Origin: Trichoplax adhaerens
Taxonomy: Eukaryota; Animalia; Placozoa
Direction: 5' to 3'
NCBI RefSeq assembly: GCF_000150275.1
Contig: NW_002060945.1
Span: 7,507,684 to 7,571,683 of the forward strand
Length of the DNA: 64,000 bases
Of this stretch, positions 41,640 through 60,489 are shown in pieces. The position numbers and the translations under genes are program-made. Numbering within the stretch: the first letter of the stretch is position 1; every line of letters starts with the position of its first letter. The notes below the pieces were generated by a model. The model saw nothing but the letters and a program-made list of their open reading frames with translations, did not search any database and was not told the DNA's origin.

Positions 41640-42460
41640 TTCTACGGTTCTTTGTATTACAGTTATGTATTAATTCTATCTTGTAATTATTTTAATATAC
41701 ATATATTCACTATATTATATAATTCCTTGTATTCTACCTATGAATTAATTCAATGAACTCTTGCAAATGTTTGATAATCACTATACGAGTGTACCCGAAC
41801 GTAGAACCTGTTGTGCGTGCTTGATGAATTATGTAGTGGCGACTGGCGAAATCGCTGTACGTGAAATTAAAGCAGAAGTTCATATGTTAGTATAGTGTAC
41901 AGATTACATACTGACATATGCGTATACAGTACAGCATCACTATGCATATCTGTCCTAACTATCACTGCAGATACACAGATCCTTGGAGCGATAGATGCGG
42001 GATACAATTATATTTTATATAATATAGATTATAGAATTATTTTAGTATACCTATGAATTAACTCAACTCTTGTATATATTCTTACATTCAACATCTTATG
42101 TAATTCTTTGTATTGGAAGTATCAATTCAATCAATTAATTTCTATCGTTTAAATGCTTTTAAAGTTGTCTTGTATATCTTATGCAGTTCTTAGAATTCGA
42201 TTTATAAATTAAATCTTGCAAACATGTTTTAAATTTATATTCAACATTTTAACTAATTCTTTATATCAGGCCTATAAATTAACTTCATACCCACAATTAT
42301 TTTGGAACCTTATGTTCATAATTTTATATAATTCTTATTACTAGAGCTATAAATTAAATCATATCTTGCAAATTTTTTTAGTTTTATATTCTTAATCTTA
42401 TATAATTCTTTGTACTACAACTATAAATGAACTCCTGTCTTGCAACTACTTTTAACTTTT
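41640..42460. repeat. AT-rich ~75-bp degenerate array, interrupted by unrelated sequence at about 41780-42010
   Basis: AATTCTT...CTAT(A/G)AATTAA motif near 41646, 41721, 42035, 42102, 42184, 42254, 42330, 42404. Confidence 0.75.
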
Positions 42461-43484
42461 TATATTGCTAGTACAATATTATCCTAATTGATATTTATAA
42501 ACATTACTCGATAGAGAATTTACTAGTGGTCATACAGTACAACACAGTACTTATTATATGGAAATAGTACATATTGACCAGTCTTTAAATCACTTCAGCT
42601 ATTCCACAGAGCCATAAGTCTAAAAGGCTCACGACTAATTATTATTTAGAAAGTAAAAATCGACTAATGTAAGCGATAACTGCATCGCTAGAAAAAAATA
42701 AATCCTCCATATCCTAATAAATAATATAATAAACCGATATAGTATATACTGTAAAGATAGCCAGTGTCAATAATCCTGTACTGCATACACTACACTCAAT
42801 GAACGATTATACAATATCTCAAAATGAAAATTAGTCAAGAGAGAGCTTATACACTAGCAGAGCAGTAGTGCAAGTTAACTTAGAAATAAAACCTATACTT
42901 TATTGCTATTGAAAACTATAGTTTTAATTCAGAACGCAATTTTAAGTTGAATTACTCATTCACATGAAAGAAGTATGCCCATGTCAGACTCATGTCGTAT
43001 ACTGATATCGTAGATGATGCCAGTAAAGTTATGGCAATACTTTAGCTTAAGTCAATATTAAAATATTATAACGTCATCAAGTTGAGTGTTGCTAACTAAA
43101 ATCGAACACGATCAGATAGCGACTACGGTAGAATAAAATAAATTTTTGAACACATGGAACAAATTTTTTTGTACTAAAAGAATAAGAAAATAAATTGCAA
43201 GACATTACTCGTAGTTATGGAATAACACATTTTCTCTAGTAAATTCACTACAGACATCAATCCAAGTGTAAATATTCATCATGACCTAATATCATGGATA
43301 TCTAGAAACAATGGCATTATATTTTCCACAAGTTACTATTACGTTGCTACAATCACAAGATATGGTCATTAGGCTAAATTGATAGCTGTTCAAGTATCAA
43401 CTAATATGAATGGCTTGTTGTAGATAGAATGCTATACTGGTACATCTTCAATGATTTGATGTTAAAATTAAGGTTGGTTCCTTC

Positions 43485-47910
<4,426 letters not shown>

Positions 47911-48008
47911 GATGGTTACTTTTGGAAACAAGGTAATTGGAGATCGTGATATTGCGTGCTAATAATCCAACGTGAGGAGGAAATGAAGATCGAGGAGACA
48001 AGGGACGG

Positions 48009-48041
48009 AATTGCTCAAGAGATTACGTAATTTACCCGTGG
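48009..48041. promoter_or_regulatory. Conserved promoter block containing palindrome ATTACGTAAT (PAR-bZIP/E4BP4-type site)
   Basis: The 33 bp are identical at 48009-48041 and 50928-50960 while flanks diverge. About 100 bp upstream of the pip ATG. Confidence 0.5.
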
Positions 48042-49399
48042 TAGTGAGAAACACTCGCTAGCTTTCAAGTTAAATAAATACATAAGAAATCTACCAATTA
48101 TAATTATGTTCTATTTCGAATGGACTGATCATTATTATTCAACTATCATCATCATCATCTAATTATTTATTCAAGACCATGTGCAAAATGACTTGTCACT
48201 GTTGTTGCTTCTATTGCTGATGTACCAGTGTCGATTCGATTATCCCCGATGGCTGAGAATGAGTGAAAAGTTGCAACACTATTTTGCACACGATGCTCGT
48301 TTACACCGCGATAGAACCGACCGATTAGAATTATGTTTCATCAACCAAGAAATAGGATCAGCGATTCTAGACTGGTATTCTGTAGATTAACAAGGTTTAG
48401 GATAGCAGTCTATTTAAATCAAAACGAACTATCCATGCTGTCTTCGAGATTGCTGCAGATACACTCGTATTGTATACCAAGTATGGCCATGTTTAGAGAT
48501 TAGTAAGATTGTGATCTTACTCACCTCTAAATATTACTTTTATTATCCATCATACTACAGAAATTGACAGCAAAGGCGATCCATCTCTTTCTTTCTCTAT
48601 TTGACTACTTTGCACATATTGGCTGGCTATGATTAATGATGAAGAAATCGATTGCAAAAGCTATCGATCCATCATGTTTGTAGATCATCATGAAGGCTTT
48701 TCCCTGCAACCTGGATCGTAGAATAAGTAGACTCTATACAGTTATATGCTTTAAAGTGGGTAGTTTGCGCTGCAATGGAACTGTGGTGTGCAAAATCACC
48801 TACTGCTATTGGACTTGCTTTCTACTACAGTGGTATCAATCAAGACTATAGCAGACGCCTTGAAGAGGTGACATTTCATTTTGCACACAGTATAATCTTG
48901 TGTTGCAATACTTAGGTCTAGTTGACGCTTTGAATGGGTGACATTTCATTTTGCACACAGTACATTCTTGTGCTTCATCGTATGATATTGGCTTTTGCAG
49001 TCTAACCTTAACCTCCTATTCTTCCAATTGCTGAGTTGTTAACAAGGTAAGCGAAAGGTTACCTCAAGCATTAGCTAGTTATTCTAGATCTTCCATTGAC
49101 CAGCAAGGTAAATTACTGCAGTTCAATTTGGAGATTGGAATCAGTTGGTGTTAAACCACGATAGAAGTGTAAACACCTATCTCAAGCGAATGAATTGAGA
49201 GCTGCAGCTTAGTTATGCCATGAATAATGCACAACAATATTCAACCATTTCAAGCAACATCAGTCTACTGTAGTGCTAGCCAAAATGGCCAATTATGGGG
49301 GCTTATATAGAATGATAGTTGCGTTCGCTTGGATTATATCGAGGCTTATCCATCAATTGTTTCAAATGCTTCAATAGTCACATTAATAAACCCTCAACT

Positions 49400-50400
49400 A
49401 GGATAGAATAGTATAAAATCATAATTCGATTCATCCCTCGATATACTGCAGGCAAACGTCAAAAATGGATGCCTTGAAATTGTACCTGCTATCATTAATA
49501 TTATCAGGTAAATCGGATCATGGATTACCATGAGAAATATTTAATGGTATGCATGAGTTTATGTTTACTGATCAGTCGATTTTAAAGTTTCTACTTTAAT
49601 ATGGACAGGATCTAAAAAATGGCATTAATTCATCTCTTAATATTACGGTAGACAGATATAGAAAGTTAAGCCGTTGAGGGTTGTAACTTGTTATTACCGA
49701 TAATTATCGGATAGGTCAGATCATGGATTACCGTTATGGTTATTGGCATTCGATATAATTTGGATTCCTCTAATCTATCGATCACATGTTATATTTCTAT
49801 TTTAGTATTGATAAAAATTAGAAAATAAATGGTGATAATAGTTCATCTCTTGATATTGTTCTAGACAAATATCGAAAATTTAATATATAGAGAGCTGTAA
49901 CTATCATCAATATGATCGGGTAAGTTAGATCATCAGTTAACTATATTATCGCTATTCGAATTCAATATTGTGAATTTGCTTTATATTTAGGCCAGACCAG
50001 ATTCTGGATAGCCTACTCTACATGTATTGATCAGATTTCAAACATTTCATTTTATTATCGATAGAATACGCGTACAGTAAATATTGGCATTAATTCATCC
50101 CAGGATAATACCATAGATAAACATCGAAATAAATGCGCTAAGAGATGTAGTTTGCCATTTATCATTATCGGGTAGGTCAGATCAATGATTACTATTATTA
50201 TTGCGATAAACATTCATTGGTATGGATTCTTCTACGACTCTGAATCAATTAATTTAAATGTTTCAGTATTAATACCCATGCAGCTAAAATGTACTTATAA
50301 TACTAATTCATATCTTGTTATTACTATAGGCAGACACCGAAAAGTTGTGCATTGAATGCAATGCAATGTCAATACCTCTGCACACCTTGTATCCATGGAT
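49400..50400. repeat. Co-duplicated portion (about 5 units) of the ~210-bp array found at 60490-62500
   Basis: Shares the GGTAGGTCAGATCATGGATTACCG-type anchor. Shorter remnants at about 51410-51600 and 56090-56450. Confidence 0.85.
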
Positions 50401-50686
50401 AGATATAGTACTTTCAGCTCATTACAATAGCAATAGGAAGAGAAGCACTATGTGATGCATAATACGTAGTCTGTTCAGCTTCATATAGTTTTTCAGTAAG
50501 TGGCAGTGTTTTGATTTCGGAGTGAATAAAAAGCAAGATGCACTAGTAGATGATGGCTGATCTACAATAATAAAGTCAAACGATACAAGCTGCCATCGTT
50601 ATGCATATCGTTCCACCATCCGGTTAATAGTTTATTTTTGCTTTACTTTACGCCTAATTTAGACAAGGATTAAGCAATAAACCTAC

Positions 50687-50823
50687 AGAAAGATTACCGG
50701 ATTGCCTGATACATTACCGCTCTGCTCGTAATTAATGGTATGGAGATTGGAAACTTTTAAGAAACCAATATCATAAGGCTCGATCTCAGGATAGAGATCA
50801 TCCAATACTTCTAAGCTTATCAT
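50687..50823 (-). other. Extra, intact pip exon 1 with promoter but no gene body of its own (candidate alternative first exon)
   Basis: 137 nt like exon 1 of copies A and B. Open frame MISLEVLDDLYPEIEPYDIGFLKVSNLHTINYEQSGNVSGNPVIF, intact donor CT|GTAGGT, same phase. Confidence 0.85.
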
Positions 50824-52031
50824 GGGGGATTCTATCACTTAGCAATCGACGTGATTACCGGTAGTGGTAACGCTTGCTAGCAATCCAAGAAGAGGAGGAA
50901 ATTGGAGACTAAGATGGCAAGTGACGAAATTGCTCAAGAGATTACGTAATTTACCCGTGGAAGTGAGCAGTACTCGCTAGCTTTCAAGTGAAATAAATAA
51001 ATAAATAAATAAGGAGTGGAGAACAGATGGACATGTTTCAATATATTATTCTTTATTGTTCTTCATTAATTATAATTAATTATTCAAGACCTTGTGCAAA
51101 ATGATTTGTCACGCCTGTTGTTTTTTGCTATGGTGTGCTCTGTCTATTCTATTTGCATGATGAATGAGGATGAGTTGAAAGGTGTCAGAATATTCTGCAC
51201 GCAGTGGTAGTTTATACCGCCATAGAACCGATGGATTATACAATATTCGGCAGTATTCAATGAACTGAAGAATTGGATCAAGGATTCTACTTTCGAATTC
51301 TATGGTTTAACAAGGGTTGGGATAACGATCTATTCGAATAAAAACTAGCTATCCATGCTGTCCACCACGTTGTTCTGTATAATCAGCAATACTGTATTAA
51401 TTAATACTAGAATGTCGGAGAAGTCGGATAATGGATTACCGTTTAGTAGTATTTAATAGTACTGTATACATGCATGAGTCTACGTCGATTTCAATGTTTC
51501 CATCTTAATATGGATTGGATCTAAAAATGGCAATAATTCATCCCTTAATATTACTGTAGAAAAATATTGAAGGTTAATGCCGTGAAGCTGTAGCTAGCCA
51601 ATAGAATTATAGTAAACTTTAACTCAAATTAATGCTAATATATTGTAATGCAGTCAAGTTTGTGGAGTATTGCTAATTAAAATTGAATACAATCAGGTAG
51701 TGACCAAAGTGGAATAGAATAAACTTTTTCGACTCACCAAACAAGTTTTACTTCTAAAAGGAGAAAGGAATCAATTTTAACATAATTGCAGATAAAGCAT
51801 CTTCTCTACGAAACTCCACTATTCAGACTTTAATGCAAGTCTAATAAATATGTACGATGAAATTAATATCATAAATATATCGCTACTATGTTGATGCAAT
51901 ATTGTTGTACGACCGTTAGGTCGAATTAATAACTATTCAAGTAGCATATAAATGCTCGCTACCCATAGTATACTACTAGTGGTCATCTACAATTCTTCAT
52001 CAATTGATGTAAAACCGTAGCTGTTTCCTCT

Positions 52032-54229
<2,198 letters not shown>

Positions 54230-54238
54230 CGTTGATGG

Positions 54239-54534
54239 TGTAATGTTATATCTGACTCACAAGGATTGTGTAGACAGGTTGAGGATGAAGGAAGGAGTTT
54301 TCTTGACAGCTTAATTACTGATGGTTACTCCAGCAGTCAGCGGTATAGAAAGAAAGTAAACCTTTAACCGTGATAATATCGTAATAAGGATAAGACTTCC
54401 ATATATATATATATATATATATATATACAGCATGTATAGCTATAACTCCTAGATATCGTTGTCTCTGATTGGCTATCATGTTTAGTACAAGATATGATAG
54501 TTATAGTAAACCACTTACAGAACGCACTGTCATA
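54239..54534. mobile_element. ~295-bp insertion just upstream of the pip B ATG, containing a (TA)n tract at 54401-54427
   Basis: Absent from the homologous region of copy C (about 59382-59400). GATGGTGTAA is directly repeated at 54234-54243 and 54535-54544. Confidence 0.6.
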
Positions 54535-54605
54535 GATGGTGTAAAGTTAGAAACAAAGCGATCGCAGGTGGTGATATTTACTTGCTACCAATCCAAGGTG
54601 GCCAG

Positions 54606-54967
54606 TGTAACGAGGGACTAGTAAGAGAAATACTCACAAGTCTTTGCTGTGATATTAATTAAATTAAATAAATAATCAATTATGCTTATAGTATGTTGTA
54701 TTATAACTATGTCCCTGCTTGGATTGTCTCTTTATCGAGTCAATGAGAGTATTGCATGTCTTTCTATTAACTTAGTGCACAAATGCACGTACGTGATTTT
54801 CTGTGTCTTGAGAACAAAGTTCTTCATTCCCTCTATCATGGACGACTAAAAATGACTAGTGATATCTAGTAGCCCTTTGCTCTATCTACTTTCGTGGATC
54901 TCATTAATCTTACCTAAAGTCAGCTTATTAAATCTCCATAAATACTACCAATCCCCTTACTATTACA
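54606..54967. mobile_element. 362-bp solo-LTR-like insertion in the pip B promoter
   Basis: Ends TGTAAC...ATTACA. It occupies the slot that reads ATCCAACGTG-AGGAG-GAAATG in copy A. The 5-bp flanks GCCAG/AGGAG match only partly. Confidence 0.55.
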
Positions 54968-56547
54968 AGGAGGAAATGGAGATTTACGTATCGAGTGACG
55001 AGATTGCTCTCATTGTCATGGTATCTATAGCGGCAGGCACTCGCTAGCTTACAATAAAAATAATAAGGGAATATAGAATTCATTAATTTGGAATTATTAT
55101 CAATTATTCGGTGACGAGATTACTTAAGAGAATATGTTATACGTAGTTTTAATTATACTAACTATAAAATAACGAGGGACTAAAATGAATTAATTTGAAA
55201 TTTTCATCAATTATTCGTAAATAGATCAGCTGATACCCTGTACAAAATAGCTTGTCGTTCTTGTAGCTTCTATTTCTATTATTATAGCGTCTATTCTTGA
55301 CGAGGATAATTCGAAGAGGTGGCAGAATAGCTGCACACAATGATTAACTATTATTTTAACCGCAATAGAATGGATGGATTATATACTCAACAATTGCGTC
55401 AGGAATGATATGCTTGTATTCTGTAGTTGAACAAGAGTTGGGAACTTAGGATAACAGTATGTTTCAATGCCGTCTATTGTGGCAAAAGCCTTACTAAAAT
55501 TAATAGAAAATATAGAATTAATTAATTTGGAAAGATCATCAATTAGTCGTTAAAGGATTAGGTGAAGTCTTGTGCAAAATAACTTGTCCTGCCTGTAGCT
55601 TCTAATTCTACTGTTATACTGAGTACTCTTGATGAGGAGGGTGAATCGAAGAGGTGGCGGAGTATTCTACACACTCTGATTATTTAAACGGCCGTAGAAC
55701 TGATGGATTATAAAATCAACAATTGTATCTAGAAATTATATGTTTGTGTCCAGTGACTGAACAATTGCTAGGAATGTAGAATAGCGGTATATTTTTATTA
55801 ATGTGGTCTACAGTATTGTGGCAGAGGGGCACTCGCTAGCTTTCATTATACTAACTGTAAAATAACTAACTCCCTGTTCTTACGCTCACTGGCTAGTTCA
55901 TAAGATAAACAAGAGGTTGTTTTCAACTTTAGCTAGTCTTTTCTGATCTTCCGTTGATAAACAAGGTAAATTGCTGTAGTTCAATTTGGAAATTAGGATC
56001 AATTTGTATTCAACCTCGGTAGAACCGCAGTACCGTCCGGTAAATCATGTCTTAAATAATGATGGCTGCTATCAAATAGATTATACCAATGCCTATCCAT
56101 CAATCGTTTCAAATGCTTCAATCTTAACATTAATAAAGCCTTAACTGGTATAAAATTATATAAAATCATGATTTAATTCGTCCATTGATATACTATAGGA
56201 AAACGTCAAAAGTCAAAGCCTGAGTGTACCTACTATCATTAATATTAGAAATGTCGGGTAAGTTAGATCATGGATTACCGTTTATTATTATTTTAATAAT
56301 ATACTGTACATGAGTCTACGTCCATCAATCAGTTGATTTCAATGTTTCTATCATATGAATTGGATCCAAAATGGCATCAATTCATCCCTTAATATTACTG
56401 CAGACAGATATCAGAATTTAATGCGGTGAAAGCTGCAGCTAACCAGAAAAGTTATAGTAATACTTTGACTAAAATTAATTCTAGTATATTGTAATGCAGT
56501 CAAGGTTGTTGAGTATTGCTAATTAAAATCGAATATAATCAGGTAAT

Positions 56548-56905
56548 TGTAACATTATGATCTTATATAGAAGATGCCTAGTATAGTAATATCCTAATAT
56601 ACGAATGCTTATTATATACCATTTAAGTACTGTATTGCATTACATTCATAATGTACGACATCATGACGACATATAGACGACATGCTATACATATAAAGAC
56701 ATTATCTCAATCTCATCTAAAACCTATAAATACCCTTGTAAGCTAACTCGTTAGTCAGTTCCTACATTCCTGCTATCTCAAATACCTTATCTATAACAAC
56801 CATATCATTGATAGCCTATAACTTGTATCTCAATAAAATCCTTTATACCTTCTATCATCGTCTACCTTAAAATACTTTACGCTACTTAAAGAAGATATTA
56901 TTACA
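56548..56905 (+). mobile_element. Solo LTR (358 bp)
   Basis: TGTAA...TTACA termini, perfect 5-bp TSD GTAAT (56543-56547 and 56906-56910), TATAAATA at 56725, AATAAA at 56832. Empty site AATCAG-GTAGT-GACCAA in the paralogous segment near 51691-51707. Confidence 0.88.
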
Positions 56906-57217
56906 GTAATGACCAATGTAGAATGGAATAAACTTTTTCGACACACCAAACAAATTTTATTACTAATAGAAGAAATTAATCCATCAAAAAAAAGTTTATT
57001 TGCAGAATAAAACATTTTCTTTACTAAATTCCATTACACAGACGTTAATGCAAGTCTAAATAATCGCGATGAAGTAAATGTCATGAATATTTCACTACTA
57101 TATTGATGCAACATTATTGTAGGGTCATTAGGTCGGATTAATAACTATTCAAGTAGATAGTATATTATACTGGTACATCTTTCATCAATTGATGTTAAAA
57201 ACGTGGCTGTTTCCTCT

Positions 57218-59377
57218 CTAAATATTACGAAATTTATCAGTAGCCTCTGTAAGTCTTCCGATTATCCCACGTTCATAGTCATTATGTCCGACATCGGGAA
57301 CAACATGAAATTTAGCCTCTGGCCATGCCTAAGGGAACATGCATATGTTAGAATGAAAATGTAGAGTAGAACTACAACTTCTTTGTAGTGAACAAATTAA
57401 GAACAGCTCATTTGTCTATCAAATTTGAACCTTATGCAAATCCCGTGCGGTCTGGATGGGACATATGACATCATATCATCCTTGCACAATGGCACCTGAT
57501 ATATGTCGAATCTTTTCCACGTTATCCAGAATGTGATTTGTACTCTTAAAATATCCGCCATGAACCATGAAATGGCTTCAATCATAAAAACATACCGGAT
57601 AGAAAGACAGTCACTGTTGAATTAATTTCAATATATAACGTTATGATCGACAATATTAACTAGGCGAAAACTTGATGCACCATTCAATATGAGCTAAAGC
57701 GAGGGTGAAATGGTCAATTTCAAAGAGAGCGAGGACTTCTTCGTCTATTAATAGTCTTAATATTGACAATTCCCATTTGCACCATGCACATGTATATCGT
57801 ATTTCAACCTATATGTTAAGTATAGGATATAAACCAAAATGATTTCGTTTTCTACAAACTATCAATATCGCAATGCCGTTACCGCATATAAAGAATTGGT
57901 TATAAAATGCTGACGTGTGAATAGCAGTTTGGCCTTACCTCTTCGTCATTGCCAGTCAAAGGGTGATAATATGCACCCATCACGTTCTCCACCCTCAACC
58001 TTCGTATATCAAATTTTATAATCAATACAAATGATCAAATTAACTTCTCATCAGGATTGATCATACTGCTCACGTAAAGAATAATATACTGGCAATGAGA
58101 CTAGCATCGTATACAGTATAAGTTAGACGAAGTATGACCACGGCAACTGTATTTGATATCATGTTGTATAATTTACCAGTCGTCAATCGAGTTATTCTAA
58201 ACACTGCAGAATTGGATTTATAGTAATTGGGTATATGCAGTAAATTAAAGGATCACACTGGTCAACTATATCTTAATGGATTACTGCATTATTGCAAAGT
58301 ATAATTTTGTCAAGTACCAGTATCTTTATTTTAGAAATGATTATAATGATTAATGCAATCCAATTCTTGTCAGTGGGGTTCTTCTACCACTACTATCAAT
58401 TTCATCAGAGAGATTTAAAATATTGTATTAGATGGGAATGTGTCCTTTTCCCTCAACTACTGCAGCTGACTAAATGTCAAGATTGGACATTTAGCTCGTT
58501 ACTTTATTGCAATTCTATTGGGAGATTTATGTAAAGCAATAGCAGGAATTGTCTCTCTACAACTACTGATTAAGTATTCGGATTGGACTTTTTGATTTTA
58601 TACTTTATTTTAGTATTATCAGAGTAATCTCCCTAATATAATCTGGTAAAATGCGTCTGTATCCATTTTCTTTTCTCATCATCTACTAATTTGATATCAA
58701 GACTGAATTTTGATTTCTTTATTGCAGTTCTCTTAGAGAGATTTACTCAATGCATTAGAAGGAAATATATCTATTTTCCCCTCAACTAACACTTATTCGA
58801 CGTCAAGATTTACATTTTAAATCTTCTTATTTCGTTGAGATTCGATCAGAGATTAAAATATTGTATCTTAGAAAGAAATGGCTCATTTTCTCTAAATAAT
58901 ACGTTACTGATTCAATACTAGGGTTGAATTTTTGAGCTTCTCACTTTACTGTAGTTTAATCAGCGAGATCTATTCATTGCATAAGAAAGAAATACCTCTA
59001 CTTTCCCCCCCCCTTTACTAGTACTGATTCGATGTCCCGAAGCTCTAACAGTTGCTAACGTAGCAAATAGTAAACATTACTTTAGAGCAACAATTTGTAA
59101 AAAATAATTCATCAGATGTGATTTAAATTAGTCTAATTCCTTATATAATATGCTAACAATGCTCCAATCATCACTACTGCCAATCCATCATACACAATTA
59201 TGGCTAGTTTAAAGAATGGTAAAGCATTCTTAACCTATAGAAAGATCACCGGATTGCCTGATGCATTGCCACACTGTTCGTAATAAATAGTATGAAGATC
59301 GGAGACTTTTAAGAAACCAGAGTCATAAGGCTCAATGTCAGGATAGAGGTCTGGTAATGCTTGTTACTTTGTACCAT
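57218..59377 (-). pseudogene. Proline iminopeptidase copy C, pseudogene
   Basis: Exons 2-5 (including GGSWG) are missing. Exon 1 is 139 nt (frameshift) with donor GT>AT. Exon 6 has a +1 insertion. GRYD is changed to G*YD (TGA at 57476-57478). Confidence 0.93.
58400..59035. repeat. About 5-6 units of the ~117-bp pip intron-1 array, in copy C
   Basis: Same CATCAGAGAGAT / GAAAT..TC / CTCAACT / TCAAGA anchors as 45815-47400, preceded by a homologous unique flank (about 58240 vs 45660). Confidence 0.85.
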
Positions 59378-60489
59378 CGTCGATGGTACAAAGTTAGAAA
59401 CAAAGCAATCTCAGGTAGTAATATTACTTGCTACCAATCCAAGATGAGGAGGAAGAAATGGAGATTTAGGTACCTAGTCACCAAATTGCTCGAGAGATTA
59501 CGTTATACATTACTAATAGCAGAATAACTATGCTAGGGAATAGAATTAATTAATTTGGAATTATCATGAATTATTCATAAATACTATAGATCAGGCGATA
59601 TCCTGTGCAAAATAACTTGTGGCTGTAGCTTTTATTTCTGGTGTTACACTGTCTATTCTATTCTTGATAAGGATGAATTGAAGAGGTAGCAGAATATCTT
59701 GCATACCGTGATTATTTAAACAGCAATAGAACTAATGGCTTATTTACTCAACAATAATGCGTCAGGGATGATATGCTCGCATTTTATGGTTAAATAAGGG
59801 GTTAAGGACTTCGGATAACGGTCTATATTAATACACTCCTCTATCAGTAATCGATACTGTCCTTGAAATAATTCTAGAAAGGGACAGTAAAAGCGATCAT
59901 TCTCTTTCTTTTTTGGCTACTTTGGACAGGTCTACTAGCGATCCATAACGTAGAAATGGATAGCAAAAGTCATCATCAATCCATCATAATTGCGATACTT
60001 GTAAGCTATCTTGGAGGCCTGTACTATTTTTACTCTAGTAAATAGAACAGTATTATTTTCTATACAATTTTGTGCTTTAGAAGGAATGGTTTGGGCTACA
60101 ATTGATCTGCTGTGTGCAAAATGAGCTGCCACCCCATTTGACTTCCTCGCCTAGCTTAGCCCTATTATCAGTCCTATGAATGACCCCGAAACAAGTGACA
60201 TTCCATTTTGCACGCTATACTATACTGTATTCCCTCAATGGTAGAAAGGAAGGCTGTAGCTTATATAGTCTAACTGATTAACTTCTATTCTTCCACTCAC
60301 TGGCTTGTTTATAAGGTAAACAAGAGGTTGTCATCAATTTTAGCTAGTCTTTCCCGATCTTCCATTGATGAGCAAGGTAAATTACTGTAGTTCAATTGGA
60401 ATCGATTTATATTCGACCTTGATAGAACCGCAAACAGCTATCTCAAAGTAAATGTGTTGAGAACTGGAACTTCTTAATATCAACACTGT

